64,000 nucleotides of DNA from an uncultured Candidatus Rokubacteria bacterium (GTDB lineage Bacteria > Methylomirabilota > Methylomirabilia > Rokubacteriales > DASRDR01), in contig CAWGVS010000006.1 in the NCBI GenBank assembly GCA_963826115.1, forward strand, positions 608,001 to 672,000, given 5' to 3'. Positions 30,330-39,714 of this stretch are shown here, piece by piece. The stretch's first letter is position 1, and each line of letters starts with the position of its first letter. Below the pieces are notes generated by a model. That model was given only the letters and a program-made list of their open reading frames with translations. It was not told the origin of the DNA and searched no databases. Made by a program: the position numbers and the translations under genes.

Positions 30330-31709
30330 CCATGGCGGCGTCCGACCTCGTCAAGAACGACCAGGCCCACCTCATCCACCCCCAGCACCACTCGTCCGAG
30401 GCCGCCGAGCCCCTCGTGATCGTGGAAGGGAAGGGCGCGGTCATCAAGGACATCAACGGCCACGAGTACATCGACGGGCTCGCGGGCCTCTGGAACGTCA
30501 GCGTCGGGCACGGCCGGGAGGAGCTGGCGAAGGCCGCGTACGACCAGATGAAGACGCTCGCGTACTACTCGAACTACGTCGGCTACTCGAACATCCCCGC
30601 CGTCGAGCTGGCCACCAAGATCGTCAGCCTTACCTACACGAACATGGCGGCCGTCTACTTCACCTGCGGCGGCGCCGAGGCGAACGAGTCCGCCTTCAAG
30701 ACCGCGCGCTTCTACTGGAAGGCGAAGGGCAAGCCGAACAAGGTCAAGGTCATCGCCCGGCAGAACGCCTACCACGGCGTCACCCTCCAGGCGATGAGCG
30801 CGACCGGCATGGCGCCCTTCTGGAAGATGTTCGAGCCGCGCGTGCCCGGCTTCCTCCACATCCAGGCGCCGTACCCGTACCGCTTCCAGGGCGCGAAGCC
30901 CGGGGAGACGGTGGGGCAGGCGGCGGCCCGCGAGCTCGAGGAGGCGATCCTGCGGGAGGGCGCCGACACGGTGGCGGCCTTCATCGCGGAGCCGATCATC
31001 GGCGGCGGCGGCGTGATCGTCCCGCCGGACGACTACTTTCCCGCGGATCCGCGAGATCTGCACGAAGCACGAGGTCCTGTTCATCGCCGACGAGGTGATC
31101 ACGGGCTTCTGCCGGACCGGCCAGTGGTTCGCGCTGACGCACTGGAACGTCCAGCCGGACATCCAGTCCTTCGCGAAGGCCGTGACCTCCGGCTACGCGC
31201 CGCTCGGCGGCATCGTGGTGAACCGCGACATCTTCGAGACCATGAACTCGGTCAAGCCCGAGGACCGGTGGATGCACGCCTACACCTACTCGGGGCACCC
31301 GATGTGCTGCGCGGTCGGGCTGGCGAACCTCGCCATCATGGAGCGGGAGCGGCTCTGGGAGCGGTCGGCCAAGCTGGGGACGCGCCTCTACCAGGGGCTG
31401 CTCGAGCTCCAGAAGGAGCTGCCGGTCATCGGCGACGTGCGCGGCGGCAAGGGCCTGATCGCGGCCATCGAGCTCGTCTCCGACCGGACGACCAAGGCGG
31501 GCTTCCCGGCGGACCAGAAGGTGGGCCTCCGGATGCGCCGCGACATGGAGAAGCGCGGGTTCGCGACCCGCATCCGGAGCTACCCGGTGCCGGACGGCTC
31601 GATCGCCGAGATGATCTTCTTCTCGCCGCCGCTCGTCATCACCGAGCAGCAGATCGACCGCGTGCTGGAGACGGTGCGGGCGTCGATCAAGGCGGTCCTG
31701 CCGCACTAG
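30326..31709 (+). CDS. class III PLP aminotransferase, with a frameshift near 31038
   Basis: YIDGLAGLW, GAEANE, YHG, FIAEPIIG, then after one extra T (GACTACTTTCCC) FIADEVITGFCRTG, FAKAVTSGY, YTYSGHP. Confidence 0.9.
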
Positions 31710-31738
31710 TCGGTCAACGACCGCTGCGGGCGGTCTCG

Positions 31739-31770
31739 ACGGGGCGTCGGCCGGAAGGCCGGCGCCCCGT
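31739..31770 (+). terminator. GC-rich hairpin after the aminotransferase
   Basis: ACGGGGCGTCGGCC-GGAA-GGCCGGCGCCCCGT; weak U-tract. Confidence 0.55.
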
Positions 31771-31899
31771 TCGCGTTTCCCTCGCTCTTGACGGCAGGTC
31801 CCGGATGGCCGTAGTGTCCGGGCCGAGTCGCCGTCCAGCCGCCGGAGCGCGCCGCGCCGAGCGGCTGCCTTCCCGGGTTCCCAGGGCTCCAGGAGGTTC

Positions 31900-33351
31900 G
31901 TGATGCGCCCACGCCGCCGGCTCCTGCTCGTGGTCCTGTTCGCCATGCTCGCGGCGTCGTCCGCCGGGCTCCCGCCGGTCGGGGCGGGGGGCGTCCCTCC
32001 GCCCGCGGCCCTCCCGCCGTACTGGCTCGCCATCAAGCCCGGGCCAGGGGAGGAGATCCTCAAGTTCCTCAAGACGATCCCCCAGGACCCCAATCCGCTC
32101 GGCGTGCGCGCGGCGCTCTTCCGCACCCAGACGTATCCGGACAGCTTCACGCGGACCACGCTCTCGAGCCTCGACGGGACGACGCTGGTCGGGCGCTGGG
32201 CCGTCCACCGCTCGCCTCGCCCCGGCGTGGTCCTGGCCCACGGGTTCAGCCAGAGCAAGGACCAGAAGTACATCGTCGAGCTCGCCGACCTGTTCGCGCG
32301 GAACGGCTGGCACGTCCTCGCCATCGACTTCCGCGATCACGGCGAGACGCGGCAGGCGTCGAAGGCGCCGTACACCGAGGGGTGGAAGGAGACCGACGAC
32401 GTCATCGCGGCCGTCCGCGCTCTCCGGGCCGAGAGCCGGGCCACCTCGATCTCGGTGATCGGGTTCAGCGACGGGGGGCGGGCGCTCGTCAAGGCGATGG
32501 CCCGGGACACCGGCGACATCGCGGCCGGCATCGCGGTGACGGCGCCGCTCGGCCCGTACGCGCCGGCGACGCCGCCGGACCCCGGCTACACGCCGAGCCC
32601 CATGGCGCGCTTCTTCCTCGACTTCCTGGGGACGAAGTCCTTCTACGAGTACTCCGAGCGCGCCGCCCGCTTCTACGGCGTCGACGTCCGGGGGCTCGAG
32701 GCCGGGAACGTCGTGGGGGACGAGATCGCGAAGGTGAAGGCGCCGCTCCTCGTCCTCGACGCGCTCGACGACTCGCTCCGGCTGGCCCGGATCAAGGGGG
32801 GCGCCCACGACGGGGCCCACTGGAGCCTCGCCTACCGGGACCTCGTCAAGGACAACCCGCACGTGCACCCGTACCTGGTCGACCGCGGGAACCACGGGGG
32901 CCTCCTGTACCTGTCGGACCCCTACTGGTTCGGCGTCACCGCGATGAGCTACCTCAAGCACTGGCAGGCGCGCGCGGAGGACCGGGTCACGGCCCGGGCG
33001 CCCGTGCTGGACGTGCTCGCCGAGGGGGCGGTCAGCGGGCCGACGGCGACCTATCGCTTCGTCGTCCGGAACCACGGGCCGAAGTCGTTCGGCCCGCTCG
33101 ACGTGTATCTCGGCATGCCGGCCGGCGCCCGGCTGGCCCATTGCTGGCTCGGCGCCGAGGGCCTGGGCCGCTGCGCGGTGGACGGCGGCCGCCTGGTCTG
33201 GAGCCTGCCTCGCCTGTCCGGCGAGAGCACGGCGGGGACGTTCGGCGCCGTCCTGGACCTCGCCGGCGTCAAGTCCGGCTCCTTCGAGGCGCTCGTGAGC
33301 GTGGCGCAGGAAGGCGCGCTGACGCAGGAGGTGTCGCTCGAGAAGCCGTAG
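31900..33351 (+). CDS. secreted alpha/beta hydrolase with C-terminal DUF11-like Ig domain
   Basis: Signal peptide; HGFS, DFRDHG, GFSDG, GNHG; tail TYRFVVRNHGP...LVW. Confidence 0.75.
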   Translation: MMRPRRRLLLVVLFAMLAASSAGLPPVGAGGVPPPAALPPYWLAIKPGPGEEILKFLKTIPQDPNPLGVRAALFRTQTYPDSFTRTTLSSLDGTTLVGRWAVHRSPRPGVVLAHGFSQSKDQKYIVELADLFARNGWHVLAIDFRDHGETRQASKAPYTEGWKETDDVIAAVRALRAESRATSISVIGFSDGGRALVKAMARDTGDIAAGIAVTAPLGPYAPATPPDPGYTPSPMARFFLDFLGTKSFYEYSERAARFYGVDVRGLEAGNVVGDEIAKVKAPLLVLDALDDSLRLARIKGGAHDGAHWSLAYRDLVKDNPHVHPYLVDRGNHGGLLYLSDPYWFGVTAMSYLKHWQARAEDRVTARAPVLDVLAEGAVSGPTATYRFVVRNHGPKSFGPLDVYLGMPAGARLAHCWLGAEGLGRCAVDGGRLVWSLPRLSGESTAGTFGAVLDLAGVKSGSFEALVSVAQEGALTQEVSLEKP

Positions 33352-33372
33352 CGGCTCGCGCCGGCGGCCCCT

Positions 33373-33957
33373 CTAGCGTGTCTTGAACGCGATCTCCTCG
33401 CCTTTGCCGACCGGCACCGTCACGCTCAGGAGATCCGGGTGGGCTTTCACGCGCGCGAGGAAATCCGTGAGCTCCGACTGGTGCGAGACGACGTTGTCGG
33501 CGACGAGGAGGCCGCCGGGCGCGAGGCGCGGCACGGCCAGCTCGAGGTACGCGCGGTAGCTCCCGCGGTCGGCGTCGAGGAAGACCAGGTCGAACGGACC
33601 CGGCAGGGCGGCGAGCGTGTCGGCGGCTGGGCCCTCCCGGACGTCCACCCACGCGGCGACGCCCGCGCGGTCGAGGTTCTGCCGCGCGAGCCGCACCTTG
33701 TTCGGGTCGCGCTCGAGGGTCGTCACGCGCCCGCCGGTCGCCCGCGCGGCGTCGGCGAGCCAGATCGTCGAGTACGCGTTCGACGTGCCGACCTCGAGGA
33801 TCCGCGTCGCGCGCGCGGCGCGGATCAGGATCCAGAGGAGGCGCCCGGTATCCGGCGTGATGTTGAGCATGCGCCGCGGGCGCTCGGTCTCGCGCGCGTC
33901 GTTGTCGTCGCCGGCCTGCCAGAGCTCGTCCAGGAGCGTGTGCAGCGCTGGGTCCAT
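33373..33957 (-). CDS. SAM-dependent O-methyltransferase
   Basis: ILEVGTSNAYSTIW, FDLVFLDA, GGLLVADN; GAGGAGG RBS. Confidence 0.9.
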   Translation of the reverse strand: MDPALHTLLDELWQAGDDNDARETERPRRMLNITPDTGRLLWILIRAARATRILEVGTSNAYSTIWLADAARATGGRVTTLERDPNKVRLARQNLDRAGVAAWVDVREGPAADTLAALPGPFDLVFLDADRGSYRAYLELAVPRLAPGGLLVADNVVSHQSELTDFLARVKAHPDLLSVTVPVGKGEEIAFKTR

Positions 33958-34039
33958 CGACGCCTCCTCAGCGCCCCGGTCGGGCGCCGGCGCCGACTCT
34001 AGCACGGCGGCCCGTGCCGCGCCTCGCCCCCCAACATTG

Positions 34040-34120
34040 ACGCCCGGGGTCAGGAACGCCCGGGGTCAGGCCCCAGACTGCGGCTTTCCGCCAAGATCAA
34101 GGTCTGAGGCCTGACCCCGG
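34040..34120. repeat. REP-like intergenic element: 19-bp inverted repeat plus 15-bp direct repeat
   Basis: CCGGGGTCAGGCCCCAGAC (34060-34078) pairs with GTCTGAGGCCTGACCCCGG (34102-34120), one mismatch; ACGCCCGGGGTCAGG at 34040 and 34056. Confidence 0.7.
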
Positions 34121-34177
34121 ACTTCGAGGGAGCGCGCCTTGACCGGCGCGCGGGGGCCGGGCTAGCCTCGTCGGACG

Positions 34178-34945
34178 ATGGGAGACCGCCTCCGGGGCAA
34201 GGTGGCGATCGTCACGGGCGCCGGCTCGCGGGGGCCCGGGCTCGGCAACGGCAAGGCGGCCGCCATCCTCTTCGCGCGCGAGGGCGCGCGGGTCCTCTGC
34301 GTCGACCAGGAGCTGGCGCGCGCCGAGGAGACCGTGGCCCTGATCCACGCGGAGGGCGGCGACGCGGCGGCCGCCCCCGCGAACGTCACGCGAGCCGACG
34401 ATTGCCAGGCCATGGTCGAGGCGGCGGTGGCGCGCTGGGGCGGGCTCGACGTGCTGCACAACAACGTCGGGATCGAGTCCCGCAAGGACCTCCTCGAGAC
34501 CACCGAGGCGGAGTGGGACCGGGTGCTCGACGTCGACCTGAAGTCGGTCTTCCTCGCCACCCGGGCGGCGGTGCCCGCGATGATCGCCCGCGGCGGGGGC
34601 TCGGTGATCTGCGTGTCGTCGATCGCCGGGCGCGTCGGCCACGGCCGCCCGGCCTACGCGGCGGCCAAGGCGGGGATCGATGGCTTCGTCCGCACCGTCG
34701 CCGTCCAGCTCGGCCCGAAGGGCGTCCGCGTCAACGCGATCGCGCCCGGCACCGTGTGGACGCCCATGGTCTCCGCCCTCGGCGAGGAGGCGCGGGAGCG
34801 CCGCCGGAGGGCGAGCCCCCTCGGCACGGAAGGGACCGGCTGGGACGTGGGCTGGGGCGCGGTCTACCTGGCGAGCGACGAGTCGCGCTGGGTCACCGGC
34901 CACGTCCTCGTGATCGACGCCGGCCTCAGCGCCACGACGCGCTAG
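34178..34945 (+). CDS. SDR-family oxidoreductase
   Basis: TGAGSRGPGLGNG, HNNVG, YAAAK, RVNAIAPG. Confidence 0.92.
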   Translation: MGDRLRGKVAIVTGAGSRGPGLGNGKAAAILFAREGARVLCVDQELARAEETVALIHAEGGDAAAAPANVTRADDCQAMVEAAVARWGGLDVLHNNVGIESRKDLLETTEAEWDRVLDVDLKSVFLATRAAVPAMIARGGGSVICVSSIAGRVGHGRPAYAAAKAGIDGFVRTVAVQLGPKGVRVNAIAPGTVWTPMVSALGEEARERRRRASPLGTEGTGWDVGWGAVYLASDESRWVTGHVLVIDAGLSATTR

Positions 34946-35569
34946 CTAGCCCGCGAAGCCCTTCTGGCGGAGCGTCTCGTCGATGCGGGCGCGGTGGGCC
35001 TTCTCCCAGGCGTCGAGGCTCGTCGCCGCGTCCTTCTCCGCGCGGGCCCGGGCGGCCTGGAGGACGTGCGTCGCGCGCGCGAGCGGCACGACCACCACGC
35101 CCTCCTCGTCGCCCACGACGATGTCGCCCGGCTGGACGTCCACGCCGCCGACCCGCACGGGCCCGCCGAGCGCGCCCAGGACGTCCTTGGCCCCCGGGAT
35201 CGGGATGACGCCGCGGGCGAGGACGGGGAACGCCTTTTCCCGCGCCTCGGCGACGTCGCGGATCACCCCGTCGACCACGAAGCCCGCCACGCCGCGTCGC
35301 TGGGCGACCGCGCACACGTTCCCGCCGGCGACCGCGTAGTCCACGTCGCCGGCCTCGACCACGATCACGTCCCCCGGCGCCGCCCGGTAGATCGCCGCGT
35401 GGACCATGAGGTTGTCGCCGGGCGGGCAGCGGACGGTGAAGGCCGGGCCGGCGAGGCGCGGCATCCCGGGCCAGAGCGGGCGAATCCCGATGTCCATGAC
35501 GCGATCGCGGGTGAGCGCGTCGGCCAGGCTCGTGGGCGACAGCTTCAGGAAGTCGGCGGCGAGGGACAT
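34946..35569 (-). CDS. RraA-like / HMG aldolase family protein
   Basis: GPAFTV, GDNL, AVAGG, DGVIRD, PGDIVVGDEEGVVVVP. Confidence 0.9.
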   Translation of the reverse strand: MSLAADFLKLSPTSLADALTRDRVMDIGIRPLWPGMPRLAGPAFTVRCPPGDNLMVHAAIYRAAPGDVIVVEAGDVDYAVAGGNVCAVAQRRGVAGFVVDGVIRDVAEAREKAFPVLARGVIPIPGAKDVLGALGGPVRVGGVDVQPGDIVVGDEEGVVVVPLARATHVLQAARARAEKDAATSLDAWEKAHRARIDETLRQKGFAG

Positions 35570-35689
35570 GGGGCCTCCTGTGGGTCGACGCGGATGCGGC
35601 GCTGCCGGGCCGGAGCGCGGTCAGCGACCCGCCGGCCCGCCCAGCGTAGCACGCGCCGCCGGAGCCCCGGCGCGCCGCGCCGTACGCTA

Positions 35690-35701
35690 GCATACGTATG
35701 C
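35690..35701. promoter_or_regulatory. perfect palindrome, putative RHH antitoxin operator
   Basis: GCATACGTATGC, about 36 nt upstream of the RHH gene start. Confidence 0.55.
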
Positions 35702-35737
35702 GTGCCGATGGCGGCGGCTGGGGGAGTGAGGGCCGGG

Positions 35738-35968
35738 ATGCGCCGAACGACGATCTTTCTGGACGAGGACGTGCTCCGGAGACTGCGCGAGATCGCGAAG
35801 CGCGAGAACATGAGCCTGTCCGACGCCATCAGGGCCGCGCTCGACCGCTACGTCGCGCGCCGCGGGCCCAGGTGAGCTCGCCTGTCGCTGATCGGCATCG
35901 GCCGCAGCGGCCGGCGCGACGTCGCCGAGCGCGCGGAAGACCTGCTGGGCAGGAGCGTCGGGCGCTGA
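35738..35968 (+). pseudogene. CopG/RHH (VapB-like) antitoxin with internal TGA at 35873-35875
   Basis: MRRTTIFLDEDVLRRLREIAKRENMSLSDAIRAALDRYVARRGPR*ARLSLIGIGRSGRRDVAERAEDLLGRSVGR*. Confidence 0.7.
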
Positions 35969-36036
35969 TGCCGCCGACCCTGGTGGGGACCACCTTCCTC
36001 TCGCGTCACCGCAAGACGCTCGAGCTGCTGCCCTGA
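35968..36036 (+). pseudogene. internally deleted PIN/VapC toxin remnant
   Basis: TGATG-coupled 22-aa ORF MPPTLVGTTFL-SRHRKTLELLP resembling the PIN N-terminus (LVDT-x-FL) fused to a C-terminal RH...ELLP. Confidence 0.55.
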
Positions 36037-36052
36037 CCGGCAGGATGCGCGC

Positions 36053-36853
36053 GTGAGAGCGCGGGAGCTGGCCGGGCGCGTCGTCGTGATCACGGGCGCC
36101 TCGAGCGGGATCGGCGCCGCGACGGCGATCGCGTGCGGGCGCGAAGGGATGCGGGTCGTCCTCGCCGCGCGCCGCGCGGACCGGCTCGAGGCGGTGGCGC
36201 GCGAGGTGACCGCCGCGGGCGGGGCGGCGCGGGTCGCGCCGACCGACGTCGCCGACGAGGCCCAGGTCCGGGCGCTGATCGATGGCACGGTCGACGCGTG
36301 GGGGCGCCTCGACGTCCTCGTCAACAACGCGGGCGTCGGGATCCTCGCGACGGTGGAGCAGACGACGTCCGCGGAGTTCGAGGAGATCGTCCGGGTGAAC
36401 TACCTCGGCACGGTCTACGGGGTGCTCGCCGCGCTGCCGCACATGCGGCGCCAGGGCGCCGGCCACCTGGTCAACGTCGCCTCGGTGGTGGGGAAGCGCG
36501 CGAGCCCCTTCCGCGCGGCCTACGTCGCCTCGAAGTTCGCGGTGGTCGGTCTCTCGGAGGCGCTCCGCATGGAGCTCCCGGGGACGGGGATCGACGTGAC
36601 GTGCGTGTGCCCGATCGGCACCGCGACGGAGTTCCACGCGGTTGAGCCGAACCGCCTCGGCGTGCCCGGGCGCGGCGGCCCGATCCAGAGCGCCGAGCAC
36701 GTCGCCCGCGCGATCGTGCGGACGCTCCGGCGCCCCCGCGCCGAGGTGCATCCCTATCCGCCGGCGCGCTTCCTGTTCCTCGCGAACGCGCTCGCGCCCG
36801 CCCTCGTCGACCGGCTGCTCCTCCGCCTCAGCCCGCGCGCTCGCGCCCGCTGA
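36053..36853 (+). CDS. SDR-family oxidoreductase
   Basis: TGASSGIG, NNAG, YVASK. Confidence 0.92.
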   Translation: MRARELAGRVVVITGASSGIGAATAIACGREGMRVVLAARRADRLEAVAREVTAAGGAARVAPTDVADEAQVRALIDGTVDAWGRLDVLVNNAGVGILATVEQTTSAEFEEIVRVNYLGTVYGVLAALPHMRRQGAGHLVNVASVVGKRASPFRAAYVASKFAVVGLSEALRMELPGTGIDVTCVCPIGTATEFHAVEPNRLGVPGRGGPIQSAEHVARAIVRTLRRPRAEVHPYPPARFLFLANALAPALVDRLLLRLSPRARAR

Positions 36854-38009
36854 CCGGCACCGCGCGCCGGCACGTCTGCCAGAGCAGCAGGTCGTAGACG
36901 ATCTTCAGCACGCCCCCCAGGACGAACGGCGCCGACAGCGACACCGCCTGCATGACGTAGCCCGTGAGGGCCGGGCTCACCGCCTGCGCCACGGTCCGGC
37001 CCGCGTTGGTCACCGTCGCCGTCGCCTCCCGCTCGTCGTCCCGCACGACCTGCATCAGGAACGCCTGGCGCGTCGGCACGTCGATCTGCGCGAGGAGCGC
37101 GCGCGCCAGCAGGAGGCCGACCGCCACGGCGGCCGTGGGCGCGAGCCCCATCGCGACCAGGAGGACGTTCGAGCAGAGATGGGAGAACACCATCGTGTTC
37201 ACGAGCCCGAACCAGCGGGACGCCCGCACCGCGAGCAGGACCGAGCACGCCGTCAGCAGCTGGGCCGCGAAGAACACGGCGCCGATGGCGGAGGGCGTGA
37301 GCTCGAAGTGCGCGTAGAGCCAGTAGACCAGGAGGCTCTGGAGCACGAAGCCGCCGGCGAAGGAGTCGAGCGCGAAGAGGGCCGCGATGCGGTAGATCAG
37401 GCGCCGTGACGGGAAGTGGGGGCCGCCGGGCGCCGGCGGGTCCACGGGGACGGCCGGGAGGCGCGCGTAGAGGAGGGCCTGGAGAACGCCCGCGAGCGCG
37501 AAGCCCCAGAAGAGGAGCACGGCGCCGTCGGGCATCGCGGCGACCGCGAGGGCGCCCAGCCCCGAGGCCATGTAACCCACCAGGTTGTAGAGGCTCATCC
37601 AGAGCGTGAGGTCGCGCGTCGCGGCCGCGCGCGCGACCAGGACCTGCTCGATCGACAGGAACGGCCCCGTCTCCCCCGTGCTGACTGCCACGTTGCCGAG
37701 CATGGCTGCCAGGACGACCAGGGCCGGCGCGCGCGCCGTCGCGAGGAGGACGCCGGCCCCCGCCACGAGCCACGCCAGCGCGACCAGGACCGCGCGCCCG
37801 CCGTGCCGCTCGGCGGGGCGGCGGATCAGGAGCGTCAGCGCGGCGCTCGCGGCGAGCGTCAGCGTGACCGCCCAGCCGATGCCGGCCGCGTCGAGCCCGA
37901 GCGCCGCGAGGTGAAGGGGCAGCAGGATGCCGAGATAGCCGTAGCAGAAGGTGCGGACCGCCTTCGCCGCGAAGACGAGGACGAGGGTCGACGTGGCCGC
38001 CGGCGCCAT
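36828..38009 (-). CDS. MFS transporter
   Basis: About 12 hydrophobic segments; ETGPF, LDSFAGGF, GLVNTMVFSHL, DVPTRQ, LKIVYDLLL. Confidence 0.88.
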   Translation of the reverse strand: MAPAATSTLVLVFAAKAVRTFCYGYLGILLPLHLAALGLDAAGIGWAVTLTLAASAALTLLIRRPAERHGGRAVLVALAWLVAGAGVLLATARAPALVVLAAMLGNVAVSTGETGPFLSIEQVLVARAAATRDLTLWMSLYNLVGYMASGLGALAVAAMPDGAVLLFWGFALAGVLQALLYARLPAVPVDPPAPGGPHFPSRRLIYRIAALFALDSFAGGFVLQSLLVYWLYAHFELTPSAIGAVFFAAQLLTACSVLLAVRASRWFGLVNTMVFSHLCSNVLLVAMGLAPTAAVAVGLLLARALLAQIDVPTRQAFLMQVVRDDEREATATVTNAGRTVAQAVSPALTGYVMQAVSLSAPFVLGGVLKIVYDLLLWQTCRRAVPVSGRERAG

Positions 38010-38082
38010 GGTCCCACAAGGGTACGTCAACGCGCGCGCGGCGGGCCCGGGCGCGCAAGCGCCCCCTGAATACCGGCGGTCG

Positions 38083-38098
38083 TGGCACCGTCATTGCT
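38083..38098 (+). promoter_or_regulatory. sigma54 (-24/-12) promoter
   Basis: TGGCACCGTCATTGCT matches TGGCAC-N5-TTGCW. Confidence 0.8.
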
Positions 38099-38199
38099 TC
38101 TGTACAAGATGTAGCGGATTGCCTGACTACTAAACAGGTGTTAGCATCCAGGCTGGGACGAGGGAACGCACGTAGAGAAGGATGGGAAGGAGGCAACCG

Positions 38200-38496
38200 A
38201 TGAGACGGTCAGGACTGCTGGAGACGATGGCGAGCGGCGACCTCGAGGCCGTGACGCGCGCCGTGGGCCGAGGCTACCGGGCGGGAAGCGTCGAGCGTCT
38301 CGCCGCGCGCGATCCCGAGTGGCGCGAGGCGCTGGAGCGGGCGGAGGGCGAGGTCGGGACGCTCTACGCCGAGCTCTGCCAGGCGGACGACACGCTCGTC
38401 CGCTGGCGCGAGGCGATCAGCGAGCTCTACCGGGTCTGGTCGCGCGTGAACGACGCGGCGGTCGAGGACGAGGTGCACCTGGAGGAGGTCGCGTAG
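38200..38496 (+). CDS. small helical hypothetical protein (98 aa)
   Basis: AAGGAGG RBS before ATG 38200; acidic C-terminus ending LEEVA. Confidence 0.75.
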   Translation: MRRSGLLETMASGDLEAVTRAVGRGYRAGSVERLAARDPEWREALERAEGEVGTLYAELCQADDTLVRWREAISELYRVWSRVNDAAVEDEVHLEEVA

Positions 38497-38500
38497 CATC

Positions 38501-38689
38501 GTGACGGCGCCGGGCTCGGGGCGCGAGCGCGTCGAGGCGCGGGGGCTCGAGGCCGCGTCCGGCCGCGGCGCATCGGCGCCCGTGACGGACGGGTCGCTCG
38601 AGGAAGTGGTGGTCTGCCGGCTCTGCGGGCTCGTCATGCGGCGCCCGTTTCCGCCGGAGTGTCCCGCCTGCGGCGGCGGCTTCGGCTGA
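38501..38689 (+). CDS. small zinc-ribbon/rubredoxin-like protein
   Basis: VCRLCG...PPECPACG (two CxxC); GGAGG upstream. Confidence 0.55.
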   Translation: MTAPGSGRERVEARGLEAASGRGASAPVTDGSLEEVVVCRLCGLVMRRPFPPECPACGGGFG

Positions 38690-38783
38690 TGCGGCTAGGC
38701 GGCCCCGGTCGGGGCCTGGCCCGCGGGAGCCTGGTCGGCTAGGATCGGGCCCAGGCGGAGAGACCCTTCTCCGCTTCCCGGGC

Positions 38784-39641
38784 ATGCGCGTGGAGCGTCC
38801 GCAGCGCATCCGAAGACCGAGGGCCGGCAGCGACCTTCGCCGCGCCGGCCGGATGGCGGCGCTCGCCTTCCTGGCCTGGGCGCCGGCGGCTTCCGCCCAG
38901 GATCCGATCGAACGGACCTGGACGACGGACAGCGGGGCCCAGGGCTACCGGCTATCGCCGGGGGTCGTGCCCGCGCTCCGGGGCTTCGACGTCGGCTACA
39001 CGCGGAGCGACCACCAGGTGAAGCACCTTCTCCTCGGGCCGGTCACCACCTCCCCCCTCGCCTCTGGCGATTTCGTCATCTCGCTCCAGGACCACGACGG
39101 GCGCGACGCCGTCTCGGGGAGCGTCAAGCTGACGGACCTGCGCCGCCTCGGCCGGCACTCCGAGGTGTCGCGGCGAGACTGCCCGCGCGAGTGTCGATTG
39201 CGGATCCCGAACCTGATCGGCCCCGAAGCGTTCCTCCTGACCGGCTTCGCCTTCCAGCTCGCCTCGGGCGGCGACCGGAACGTGCTCCAGGTGAAGGTGC
39301 GGCAGGCCGCCCACAACGGCTACGTCGACGTCGCGTTCGTCGACGGGGCGGGGACGGAGCCCTACTACGCGCACGTGACCTACGCGGTGATCCCGAGGGC
39401 GTTGCTCGGGCCGTACCTGGTGCAGGCCCGCTCCGCGGGGGCCGTGCGCGGCGAGGCGGCCGTCGCGCGCCCGCCGGGCCTGGCGCTCCTCCAGTCGTTC
39501 GACCTCCGCTTCCTCAACGGAGACCACCACCTCCAGCGGATCGCCGTCGACCTCACCGGAAACCGCATCCTGGTGCGGTTCCGCGACCAGAACGGCGACG
39601 ACCCGTTCGAGTGGCACGTGGAGTACTCCGTCCTGCGCTGA
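38784..39641 (+). CDS. secreted protein with three internal beta-rich repeats
   Basis: Signal peptide ending ASA; three copies of L-x-G/S-F...D-H/R...D-x-x-G. Confidence 0.7.
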   Translation: MRVERPQRIRRPRAGSDLRRAGRMAALAFLAWAPAASAQDPIERTWTTDSGAQGYRLSPGVVPALRGFDVGYTRSDHQVKHLLLGPVTTSPLASGDFVISLQDHDGRDAVSGSVKLTDLRRLGRHSEVSRRDCPRECRLRIPNLIGPEAFLLTGFAFQLASGGDRNVLQVKVRQAAHNGYVDVAFVDGAGTEPYYAHVTYAVIPRALLGPYLVQARSAGAVRGEAAVARPPGLALLQSFDLRFLNGDHHLQRIAVDLTGNRILVRFRDQNGDDPFEWHVEYSVLR

Positions 39642-39714
39642 ACGGCACCCGGGCCGTCGCACCTCGCCGCGTTCCCTCCTGCGCGCCTCGCGAGTCGCGG
39701 GCATAATCGGGGGA

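Noticed and set aside
35873-35875. In-frame TGA in the RHH gene as selenocysteine
   Set aside because: Lies in an Arg-rich linker with no redox motif; a CGA>TGA nonsense change in a decaying TA locus is simpler
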